DNA of 58,579 nt, filler included, from Basidioascus undulatus (taxonomy: Eukaryota): assembly GCA_000826855.1 (NCBI GenBank). It is 4 parts of 4 records of this genome, joined end to end, with 100 filler letters (N's around TTAATTAATTAA, not from the genome) between each part and the next. Parts side by side here need not be neighbours in the genome. Positions count along the whole stretch, not along the records: positions 29,356 to 43,922 come from JTLS01000716.1; positions 44,023 to 58,579 come from JTLS01000717.1; 2 more parts are not named here. One strand, 5' to 3'. The first letter of the stretch is position 1, and each line of letters starts with the position of its first letter. A program made the position numbers and the translations under genes. This document shows, piece by piece, positions 40,046 to 50,212 of the stretch. The notes beneath the pieces were generated by a model. It saw only the letters and a program-made list of their open reading frames with translations, was not told the origin of the DNA and did no database searches.

Positions 40046-41972
40046 ATGGCCGCCGTCACTGCCGACGTGGAAATCCTGCCCGCGGCGCTCCTCGCCGTGT
40101 ACCCGTACAGCTGGAGCCCGGCTCGCGATGTCGAAACGCCGTTGGACGAGTTTCTGAAGAAGTACCCGGTGTGTGCGCGGCATTGGCTTGGTGTCATAGC
40201 CGTCTTGAAGTCTTTGGAGGCGTCTAAGAAGCTGACTGAGTGGGTCGGGATCCAGCCGAGCATGGTTGTGGACGACGGGACGAAGCCGGTACGCGTGCTC
40301 TGGAAACTGGTCGTCTTGCTGCAAGCGCGAGGCCCACATGCTGAAGACTCCCTATGTCTTTTCCTCAGTGGATCTGGGTCAGCAAGGCCCTCCGCACGAC
40401 AGAGCCGCACACGAATGATGAAGCCCGCGACACGGCCACGGCCGCAGCTGCGTCCATCAGTCCGTCCGCTTCCTCCTCCCCTTCTTTCCTCTCAGCTAGC
40501 TGCAAGTACCATTCTGGACGGTTGATTGCAATCGGTTTGAACCCATAGTTGACGAGCTTACGGCGAAGGTCAAGTCGATCGACGAAAACGCTTCGATACC
40601 CGTCCGCAAGAAGAAGGGTGTGCAGAACAAGAAGGAGCTGAGGGAGGAGGTATGTCGCCAAGTGTGCGAGTCGGGTTCGTAGGATAAGGGTACTAAGGGC
40701 GCGGACGGGGCGGAAAGGCTCAGGAGGAGGCGAAGAAGGGCATCCTGGAGCTTGCGAAGGAGGCGAAATGGACGATGGGGAAATGGTTCGTGTTCTGCAG
40801 CGTATCCCTGCACGGAGCATCGGGGTTTCTGATACTGTACATTGTGGGCTCAGGCTATTCTTCCCAGGGCCAGAGCAAGTCGACGGGTGAGTCCCATTCC
40901 TCATTCTCGCAAGGGCAATGCCTGCCTCTATCTGTTGTTGTCCTTCGCGCCCATACACTAGCCCCCTCTCCCACCTCTGCACGCAGTCTCTGGTCCCGCA
41001 TCGCCCGCTCGCTCGTCTCCGGCCCGCTCTCGCACACACCCGCGATGCAGGCCAAAGTAGCGACCGAGGGGCCCGAAGCGTCCTCGACGCGCGTCATCTG
41101 CCTCTACCTTCCCGACATCATAGACGAAGAGCCGGCGAGGGAGGTGCTCAAGTGCTTGGTGGGCGAGATGGGGATCGTCCCGTGCGTTGGCCCTTGCTCT
41201 GTCGGATACCTTGAAGACTAAGGCTTACTGACCGCACTGGGCCTTCATGATCAGGACTTCGGCCAAGCCAAAGTGCGTCTTTGGTTTCGCAATCGCTGCC
41301 CCCAGATGCGTGGGGGACTTCGGTGATGCTGATTTGAAGGGCGTGGTGACATAGCATCTACACATGCGCAGGCCTGACCTCGAAGCAGTGCGTGTTCCGT
41401 CCCATGTCTTTCTTTCTTGTCCTTCGCCTGACGAATCCCGACACCTCCTACCACCAGTCCCTCCGGTCTCCGCTCGTCCGTCTACACCCCCCAAGAGCTG
41501 ATACCCAAGCCAGAAATCGAGGTGAGTCCGATGCTTCGGAGCCCAAATCCTCCATGACAGTACTGCATGTTCGCCACCGCAACCCCCGCTGACATGAGTC
41601 CGCACCTCTTTCGCGTCGCAGGAGATGAAGAAGAAGTACTTCGCGGACCTTGAGGTTCGTTCATCCCATCCCCGCTTTCCCTTCTCCCCACATCGTTGAA
41701 TCCCCTCCGACCCTCAGGCCAACGGCAACGACGGCCCAGGAGCAGGCGTGAAGCGCAAGGTGACGGGCAAGCCGAAGCCGAAAGCCGCGGTCGACTCGGA
41801 CGACGAGGACAACCCGTTCGTGCGTATGCATTCCTTCCTCTCCGTTCTCTCCCGCATTTCGCGCCGTGGTGGGCTGATGCTTGTCGTCTATCGTCCTGCG
41901 CGCTGGGTCCAGGATGCGCCGAGCTCGGACGAGGAGGAGAAGAAGGACGAGAAGAAGAAGAGCCGGAAGTGA
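40046..41972 (+). CDS. DUF1917 / UPF0696 (BLES03-like, eIF4E-fold) protein, multi-exon
   Basis: LDEFLKKYP, PSMV, WIWV, ILELAKEAKWTMGKW, WSRIARSLVSG, AKVAT, RVICLYLPD; acidic/basic tail DSDDEDNPF|DAPSSDEEEKKDEKKKSRK*. Confidence 0.75.
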
Positions 41973-43048
41973 GATGGGAAGGGCAGGCGTGGAGGTGGGA
42001 GGGGACTGGGAAGCTTTTGCTGTTACTTGAGATGGGAGACTGAGACGCCGCTGGTGCCCATACTTGGGCGTCCATGGGTTGTGAGACGACTTTTGTATGA
42101 ATAACGAGTTTGATGATGCGCTTGATATGATCATTCGAGTCTTCCCAGCTACGGTGCTGGTGGCACTCTGTTCGCTCGGCGGCTCATCGCCATGGTTGGG
42201 ATGGCCGTCCTCCATCCCAAGGATCCTGCAGAAGCTTCGCAGGCGCGAGCTCCCCTGTGTAGAGAGCGTCTGCATATTATCACAGATTGCCTCACTTCCC
42301 TTCGAGGCCCCGGTTCCCCCCGCAATCCAGGAGTCAGCCAAGTGGCTCCGGCAACCTTAGGCAGCTGGCACGCAAAGAGGATCCCATGCGTTTTGACTGC
42401 ACTATTGTGCTTAGAACTGGGTGGTACTCTTTAGGGATTTGCTGGAGGTAGGGGAGCTCGCGGACTGATGGGTGTTGGGGAGTAAGCGCTGGGTGAGGGA
42501 TGTCGGACGGGTAGGCGGGAATACAGAATGGAGAGAAGGAAGGGTCGGATAGCGTCGGACTGGGAGTTGTACTGAAAAGTAATCCGAGGTTCCTGTAGTG
42601 TTTATAGCTTTAATTTCCTAGCCAAAGATTGGCATGTGGTCTGTCCTTCGCACTCGACAAGTCTCAGGGAGGTTGCGTGGCTTCCGTGATTACCTCAAGG
42701 ATGCTGTTCTGCGAAGTTGACCCAGCCATGAAGTGGTTTTGGGTCACAATTCTTCTGAGGAGTTGCCAGCTATCAGCCTCCAAAGGACTGGGAGGCCTCC
42801 ATCTATCACTGACTATCTTGGGCGGCACAGCAGTGATTTCAGAGCCGGCTCGCTCGCTAGCAGCGATAGGCGTGAATGAGACAAGCAACCAAGTGTCGGG
42901 GTTCTTCTAGAAGGTCAAGTATATAGAAGGGAGGAAACACTACGTTTGGCGGTCGAAGATCGGGAGGTCTTAATACGGTGTACAGTGTATGCAGAGTTTC
43001 ATCTGTGGCAGTGCAGTGGCGGCCACCTCAGTTCAACAGTACTCTCAA

Positions 43049-43079
43049 TATTGATCAACCTCGTATTGATCAACCTCGT
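43049..43079 (+). repeat. Perfect 15-bp tandem duplication TATTGATCAACCTCG
   Basis: tattgatcaacctcg tattgatcaacctcg t read directly. Confidence 0.9.
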
Positions 43080-43168
43080 GACCAATCACCCCATGATGTT
43101 ATGGGTTGGACAAAAATAAGCCAGGAATTCTACAGCTAGAGGACATAAGAGGAGAAAATAAAAAAACA

Positions 43169-43241
43169 TGACCACTGCAGGGCTCGATCCTGCGACATTT
43201 TGCGTGTTAAGCAAACACTCTACCAACTGAGTTAAGCGGCC
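43169..43241 (-). tRNA. tRNA-Val(AAC), intronless
   Basis: GGCCGCT TA ACTC AGTTGGTA GAGT G TTTGC TT-AAC-AC GCAAA ATGTC GCAGG ATCGAGC CCTGC AGTGGTC A folds into a full cloverleaf; T7 Pol III terminator 2 nt downstream. Confidence 0.93.
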
Positions 43242-43922
43242 GATGTTCAATGCCCTTTTTGTATAACAATATAAAACCCTTAAATTCAGCGAAGAGCTGT
43301 TGATACATCAATCCTTCTGGTGGCGGTGCAAACATAACCGTGCGTAAGAATGTGTTTGCCGCTAAGTTCAGGGAGGTTCTTGTGTTAGCTTTGCATGTGC
43401 AGGCTGGAGCAGCGCCGCGACGACTCCGATACTCAGGATGACGGCGAACCTGGCGACGACGACTGGGCTGGGGGAGGGAGCGATGAGGAGATGTTAACGT
43501 TGGCATAGAGGAAGACTTTGAGGCTGTGTACGTCCTCGTCCCTGAATCTTGGTTCCGAAGAGTTGGCCCAGAAAACACACATAACTCACGCCGCCGCCTT
43601 TGCACAGTGACGAGGACACCATCGCCGAGTAAGAGCTAAATTACCTGATTGAACTTTTCAAGCGCTCTGCCATCCTTATTGGTCTCAGGATGCACTGGCA
43701 GAGCAGCTCGCTCATATGCGTAGTCGACATCGCGCGTCGCCGAATCTGCATCGTCCCTTTCGGGAACTGCCTCAGCCGTACTGGCAAAGCACCAACGTTC
43801 CGCGACCTCAACGCGTTCGTCGTCCGTAACGCCGATGACCTCGCCAAGATCCTCTCGAAGGGCACCCGCGTCCGCACCCGCGTCGAGCCGTTCCTCCGCA
43901 ACGAGGGCGTAACGCTGAAGGA

Positions 43923-44022
43923 NNNNNNNNNNNNNNNNNNNNNNNNNNNNNNNNNNNNNNNNNNNNTTAATTAATTAANNNNNNNNNNNNNNNNNNNNNN
44001 NNNNNNNNNNNNNNNNNNNNNN
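43923..44022. other. Artificial 100-nt contig spacer
   Basis: N44-TTAATTAATTAA-N44. Confidence 0.98.
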
Positions 44023-44872
44023 CGCTCGTGGTGCAGGTGGGTTCTCGGGTTCTCGGGGCAGAGGAGACTAGGGGGGTGGGGTGGGAGGAGGTGGTGGTGG
44101 CGAGGAGGGCGGATTGGAGGAACAGGCTGAGCGGGCGCGGGCGGGTTGGTGGGAAGGAGGGGGGCGGGAGCGAGCAGGCTTGTGCGGAGGACGTGGCGGA
44201 TTATCTGGTGGCGAGAGCTGGCTAATAAGGACATCATGGTTGTTTGGATGTTGGTGAAGTATTGAGTTTGAACGAACGTTGGGATAGTACTGGAAAGCGA
44301 TAGCAATTGCTGCTATTGCAATGTAGAATTCAATAGTAAATTGATATGCTTTACCAATACCAAATTACTATTGAACATTACTAGCGAAAGGTGTAAGACA
44401 CGGCTCCTGCAGGCGGCCATAAAACGGCCATCAGACACCAAAAGACGTCCCAAATGTCGTCTGAGCCGATCTGATGGTTTTGCCTGAAGATGGCCAAAAG
44501 ATGCCTTTCAGTCTCCAGCTGCTCATGTGAAGTCGCCAGAAAGTGTGCCGCCTAAAGTTGGCTGTTGACGCTGTGATTCCCTTGCGAAAATCAATCTACT
44601 GACCTGGAACTACAATGCCTATCTCCGAATGTATGATTCAAAGAGGACTCTATTCTCAGACAATTGTCATGACTGCCTACCTCGACCCCTCCTGCCGCGC
44701 GTGTCAATGCCATGCACCCGCAGGACAAACGTCAAGGCCGACCGTGCATCCAAAATGTCCATGATCTAAATCCAGGAAGAGGTCCAATAGCAACCCGACC
44801 CGGTCTATCTATCTGAAGAGGCAGGTCAGCGCAGTTAGAAGGCGCAAAAGACGAAGATCCTCTCACCTTCGC

Positions 44873-45743
44873 TCAGCGCCCAACGCCAACTTCGGATATA
44901 ACTTGCTTGAGGTTCTCCAGGTTGTGGGCGAAGCGCCCAAGGAAGAGTCCTTCGACGCCCCCCGCAATCTCAGCGAACGTCCCAGGCCCCGCACTCCCTC
45001 CATACAAGATCCGCGTCGTCCCCCCACGGCTCTGCGTCAACGCCCGCAGCCGCTTCGTGACAGCGACGACGTGGCGCGCGGACGCCGGCTGGGACTGTCC
45101 GATAGCCCAGACGGGCTCGTACGCGAGGACGATGTCCGCCTTGTCCGGAAGGGCAGCCAGCGGAACCTCGATCTGCGAGCGGCATTCCGCTACGGCGAGG
45201 TCGACTGCGCGCTCCTCGTCGTTGTCGACTGGTCGCGAGCGCTCGCCGATGCAGATCAGAGGGGTGATACCGTGCCTAGTCGCTGCAGCCGCCTTCTTGC
45301 CCACGATTTCGTCCGTCTCGCCGAAGAAGCGGCGTCGCTCGGCGTGGCCGAGCTCGACGAGCGAGCACCCGAACTCGCGCAGCACCGAGGGGGATACTTC
45401 CCCCGTGTACGCTCCGGCGTCCTCCCAGAAAGCATCCTGGGCCCCGTAAAGAATCCCGCTGCCCCGCAGAATGGCCTGGGCGGCTGGTATGGTGAGAAAG
45501 TCGGGGATAATGAAGAAGTCGAGATCGGCAGCGTAAACGAGGGGAGCGAGTGCAACAACAGCGGTAAGATACGAGTGGGTATCGGATTTTGAAAAGTACA
45601 TCTATCGCGGTACATTGCTTAGCATGTAGTGCGAATAATCCAACTTGAACTGAACCGACCTTCAGGGAAACACCCACGAGGCGACGAGGGCGGACCGGCT
45701 GCGTGCCCAGGTTGGCGCCGTTCGCAACGGTAGGAGACACCAT
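44873..45743 (-). CDS. Triosephosphate isomerase-like protein, non-glycolytic subfamily (putative L-erythrulose-1-phosphate isomerase)
   Basis: LVGVSLK|MYF, GAQD, GAYTGEVS, ELGHAERR, CIGE, AYEPVWAIG, LYGGSAGPG, GLFLGRFAH; differs from canonical GNWK/GHSERR/GFLVGGAS. Confidence 0.9.
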
Positions 45744-46333
45744 CGGGGTATGTGTAGGAATAATTTGAGTGAAAGTATGAAAAGAAATGCCAGATGAGAA
45801 AAGTGTAAGACGCTGATACAGGCAAACGTTAGGCGATGGAGGAGGCCACCCAAGGCGAAGCTGCGTTGCTGGGCCGTCACATTTCGGCCCGATCTTGACA
45901 GGTCGAGCCCGAGGCCGAGTCTACATTGCGAGTCGCTCGTTCCCATGATACGATCTCATGATGCGATTTTCAACACCATCAGACCGAGAATGGAGACGTA
46001 ACCAGTACCATGATGGTCACAAGAGCAGTCACTGTGGAAAGGCGAGTCGCAGTTGTGGGGAAAATATCTTGTGGTGGTCCCGCCGCGACAAGCACGCATG
46101 GCAGTACTTTCAACACTTGTAACGACATATCGAGCGGTGTTCACGTTCTCAAAAAGATGATAATGGATCGTCAGGCAGGAGAGTATTCTTCACATTTGGC
46201 CTCGAGAAAATCCATGTCGTCAAGTGTCGTCAAACCATGCATGTTGTCGCGCCTCCCCTCCCGTGCCCTGCCCACGACTGCATGAGAAATTCGACTCACA
46301 TCAAGACATGTTAGAGATGGACGAACCTTGGCC

Positions 46334-46877
46334 TCAAACTGCAATCCCCTCGTACTTGGAGATTGCCGCGACCTTCGGGGCCGACGAAGAGTTCGGGTCG
46401 AAGGTGTAACCGAGGAATTCCTTCGCCAGCCTCCGCGCCAGCTCAATACCCACCACCCGCTGACCCATACACAGCACCTGCGCGTCGTTGCTGAGGACGG
46501 CTCGCTCCACGGAGAAGGAGTCGTGTGCGGTGACAGCGCGAATGCCTTGCACCTTGTTGGCGGAGATGGCTACGCCGAGTCCGGTGCCACAGCTGGAATT
46601 GTGCCAGATACAGGGGAGTGAGTTCAAATTGGGTCTCGAATAGATTGTAGAAGTAAAGGAATGCCTACATCAGAATGGCTCGGTCGGCTGCCCCGTCCGC
46701 GATCTTGCGAGCCGCATTGACCGCAATGTGGGGGTAGTGGGTGCTCTCGTCGCCGGAGACGCTGACATCGACGACCGAGTGAACACGAGTGTCGGCCTGG
46801 AGGTCGGCCTTGATCTTGTCCTTGTACTGGATTCCGGCGTCGTCCGAGCCGACAACGAGACGAAGCTTTGGTGCCAT
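46334..46877 (-). CDS. RpiB/LacA/LacB-family isomerase (putative D-erythrulose-4-phosphate isomerase); intron 46593-46668
   Basis: [60 protein letters not shown]. Confidence 0.92.
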
Positions 46878-47321
46878 GGCTGAAGAGCGCGCGGTAGTGT
46901 GTGGTGGAGCAAGCTTTTTGGGAGGAATGACGACCAAGTGGCCAATTATGAGAACTAACGACCTCCAAAATGGGAGCGGTATACGTGCAACTTACAGCTG
47001 CACGACGGAGCGAGCATGCGGGCCGGTCCTCCCTCCAGATTGTCCCGAACGTATGGCACATCGCACCGGCCATGATCAGCTGATAGGCCCTATGAACAGA
47101 TGTGAGGGAAAGCCTCTGGAAGTCATTCCCGTACACCGGCCCGAAATATTGTAGCCGTGAGTCAGTAGACCGTTTTGTCGTTGGTGGCGAAGGCTCGCAG
47201 CCTGCCACTCAAGACGAGAGCGTCCTCCAGCCTCCTCCTCCCCCACCCCGTCTCACGCGGAATTAACCATCACTACACACACAAACACCGCTTACTCAGT
47301 TAGATTCCTGACCCTTTCACA
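46878..47321. promoter_or_regulatory. 444-bp bidirectional promoter between the RpiB-like and DAK genes
   Basis: Head-to-head ATGs at 46877(-) and 47322(+); CGG-S-CCG motifs at 47019-47025 and 47137-47143. Confidence 0.6.
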
Positions 47322-49731
47322 ATGAGCGAGAAAGTGAGCATGGTTCCACTTACTTATGGATACAGGTCACTGTGAGTCTGAGCGGTGTTGGCAGCATTTC
47401 TTCCAAGACCACCGTACACTCGTCACCCGCTCTCTGCGGGGCGCGGTGGCACAGAACCCATCGCTCAAGATCATCCCCTCCCTCAAGATCGTTTACGACC
47501 CTCACCACTCTCCCGACAAGGTCGCGGTCATCTCCGGGGGAGGCGCGGGGCACGAGCCTGCGTCGTCCGGCTTCGTCGGCAAGGTAGAGATACATAACTT
47601 CTTACTGATTATCCCAAGTCAAACCTGGACGGTACTTGAATTCATTCCCAGGGTATGCTAGCGGCCGCCGTGTCGGGCGACATCTTCGCCAGCCCGAGCG
47701 CCCGGCAAGTGTTCGCTGCCATCAACGCTGTCCCGAGCACTGGGACCATCCTCGTCGTTACGAACTACACGGGCGACTGTCTCCACTTCGGTCTCGCGGT
47801 GCAGCAGGCGAAAGCGAACGGCAACGACAAGGTCGCGCTCGTCATGGTTCACGACGACGTTTCCGTGCCTCGGAGCGCTGGGAAGCTAGTCGGCCGCAGG
47901 GCTTTGGCGGGGTCAATGCTTGGTAAGGACCTTTTCGTATGATTCTCGCATGTGTATTAATACCGCGTTGGAACCCGAAGTCGCCAAGATCTGCGGCAGC
48001 GCAGCCGAATCGGGCTGCTCGTTCGAGGAGGTCGAGAAAGTCGGCAACGCAGTCTCTGACAACATGGCCTCCATGTAAGCATCATCCGTGCATTCACACG
48101 CTTTGAGCGAAATTGGGACTGAAGTTGTCCCTCGCACAGAGCGGCCATCCTCGACCACTGCCACGTTCCTGGCCGCGACGAGTTCAACAAGCTCGACGCG
48201 GACGTTTGCGAAGTCGGTCTCGGTCTACACAACGAGCCGGTAAGCGGATTCTCGTTCCCGCCTTCAAGCCGCCCTCTACCTAATACTGCCCACTGCCCAT
48301 TGCGCCCAGGGCTTCTTCGTGCTACAACGGGTTCCGCCTGCCGAGGAGCTCATCACCAAGATGCTCAACCTCATCCTCGACCAAGACGACCCTGAGCGCG
48401 CTTTCGTTCCCTTCACCCCGTCGGACGAGACGGTTCTTTTCGTTGGGAACATGGGCGGGATGTCGGTGCTTGAGATGGGTGCTGTCGTAGATGAAGCTCT
48501 GGAGCAGCTCGGTGAGCATTGCCTCTCGTACTGATAGAAAGAGGAAAATATTCACGAACTTACATTGGGAATAGAGCGGGTCGGCATAGTTCCCGTTCGG
48601 GTCTTCTGCGGCTCGTTCATGACGTCCCTCAATGCGCCTGGCATCTCGCTGACGCTCATGAACCTCTCCGGGGCGTCCAAGCTCTGCTCGAAGTCGGTGG
48701 ACGACATGCTCTCCTTCGTGGATCTTCCGCACTCCACCGTCGCCTGGCCGGGTGGCGCGATCTACAAGGGCCGCGACGCGATCCTCAAGCGAAAGGAGCA
48801 GGTCGTAGACACGCCGCAGACGCCTGTGTCAGCCCCGCTTTCCGAGAAGGAGAAGGTCAAGGGTAAGCACAGCAGTTGCAGTTTTTTCCAACGCCTCGTC
48901 TCGTATGCTGATTGAAATTTCGACTGACAGTTGCGCCGCGGCTGCTCGAGTCGATCATTCGGAACGCCTGCGAGAAAGTGCTCGAAGCCGAGGCACAGCT
49001 GACGAAATGGGACACTGTGAGGGGTTTGATTCTAAGTTTGCTTTACTCAATCTCAAAATCCTGTCCACAGATTGTCGGTGATGGCGACTGTGGCGAAACG
49101 TGCGCCAGCGGAGCGAAAGGTGAGTACTCCCTGTCATGTCCTGCTTGTTTCTCGCTTGTTTCTCGCTTTTTCACGCTTGCTCGGGACTCGCATCGCATTG
49201 ACCCTCTCGACGCTATGACTTTTAGCCATCCTCTTCAAGCTCAATGGAGGTCTAGCGAAAGACGGGGAGGTGGTGCACATCCTGCGCTCCATATCGGAGC
49301 TCATCGACGATTCCATGGGCGGGACGCTCGGCGCCATTTTCTCGATCTTCCTGGCAGCCTTTACCAGTGCGACTCGCACAGCTGCCTCCACTCCAGACGT
49401 CCGCGCTCCGACGGACGACGCCGGGTTCTGGGGGCGCGTCGCCGCTCGCGCAATCGACGTCCTGCAGGAGAGCACACCCGCGCGTGTCGGTCACCGCACG
49501 GTCATGGACGCCCTCGTCCCGTTCGTTGAGACCCTCGAGCGAACAGCGGACCTTGAAAAGGCGGTCGAGGCCGGGAGGAAGGGCGGAGAGGCGACGGCGA
49601 AGCTGACTGCGAAGCTCGGAAGGGCGACGTACGTTGGCGAAGACGCGAAGAAGGGCCAGCTCCCGCCCGACCCCGGGGCGATGGCTGTCGTCGCCATTGT
49701 GGAGGGAATTTGGGGCGGGATTACTGGCTAA
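47322..49731 (+). CDS. Dihydroxyacetone kinase family (Dak1+Dak2 domains), putative erythrulose kinase
   Basis: MSEK|HFF, VAVISGGGAGHEP, GMLAAAVSGDIFASPS, NYTGDCLHFG, VGRRALAG, GLGLHNEPG, FMTSLNAPGISLTL, VGDGDCG, MGGTLGA, RTVMDAL, GRATYVG, PDPGA. Confidence 0.95.
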
Positions 49732-50212
49732 GAGGATGGGTGAGGGAGGGCGTTGGTGCATAAACATCGAGAAAGGAACTGAGTTAATCCTGACAACGCG
49801 TTTGCCTGCTTGCTACGAAACGCTGCAAGGTGTTGTGGAATCGTTCAAGCAGTGGTGATCGTGCTCCAATGGGAAAAAGGGAAGTTTAGTCTTATTCCAG
49901 TCTCAGCGCTGAAAGGACATGGGTTTGCGGCATAGTGCGGTCGACAACTGGCAACAGCCACTGGCAGTCTGGCGAAATTTGCGGCTCGGTGCGGAATACG
50001 TTACTAGACGGTAACGCTATACCCCCGTATCTCCTGTTTTACATATTTACGTTCCTGACTTTCAAAAAAAAATGATCGAGGAGCCACCGAATATGGTCTT
50101 TAGCCGACTGGCGCAACGACAACATGGATTAGTGCATTTCGAACTTGCAACGTCGTGGTTTGGCAGACCCTCTATGAAACGGTTATCCAGTACAAGTGTA
50201 TATCGTAACTAT

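Noticed and set aside
42000..43000. Lower-GC stretch with stop-interrupted frames, possible TE relic
   Set aside because: No recognisable RT, transposase or integrase motif; needs a database search
43450..43922. ORF-like sequence running into the spacer (…TFRDLNAFVVRNADDLAKILSKG…)
   Set aside because: May be coding, but it is truncated and no family could be recognised
44023..44268. Possible 3' end of a gene at the start of contig 4
   Set aside because: Too short and low-complexity to assign
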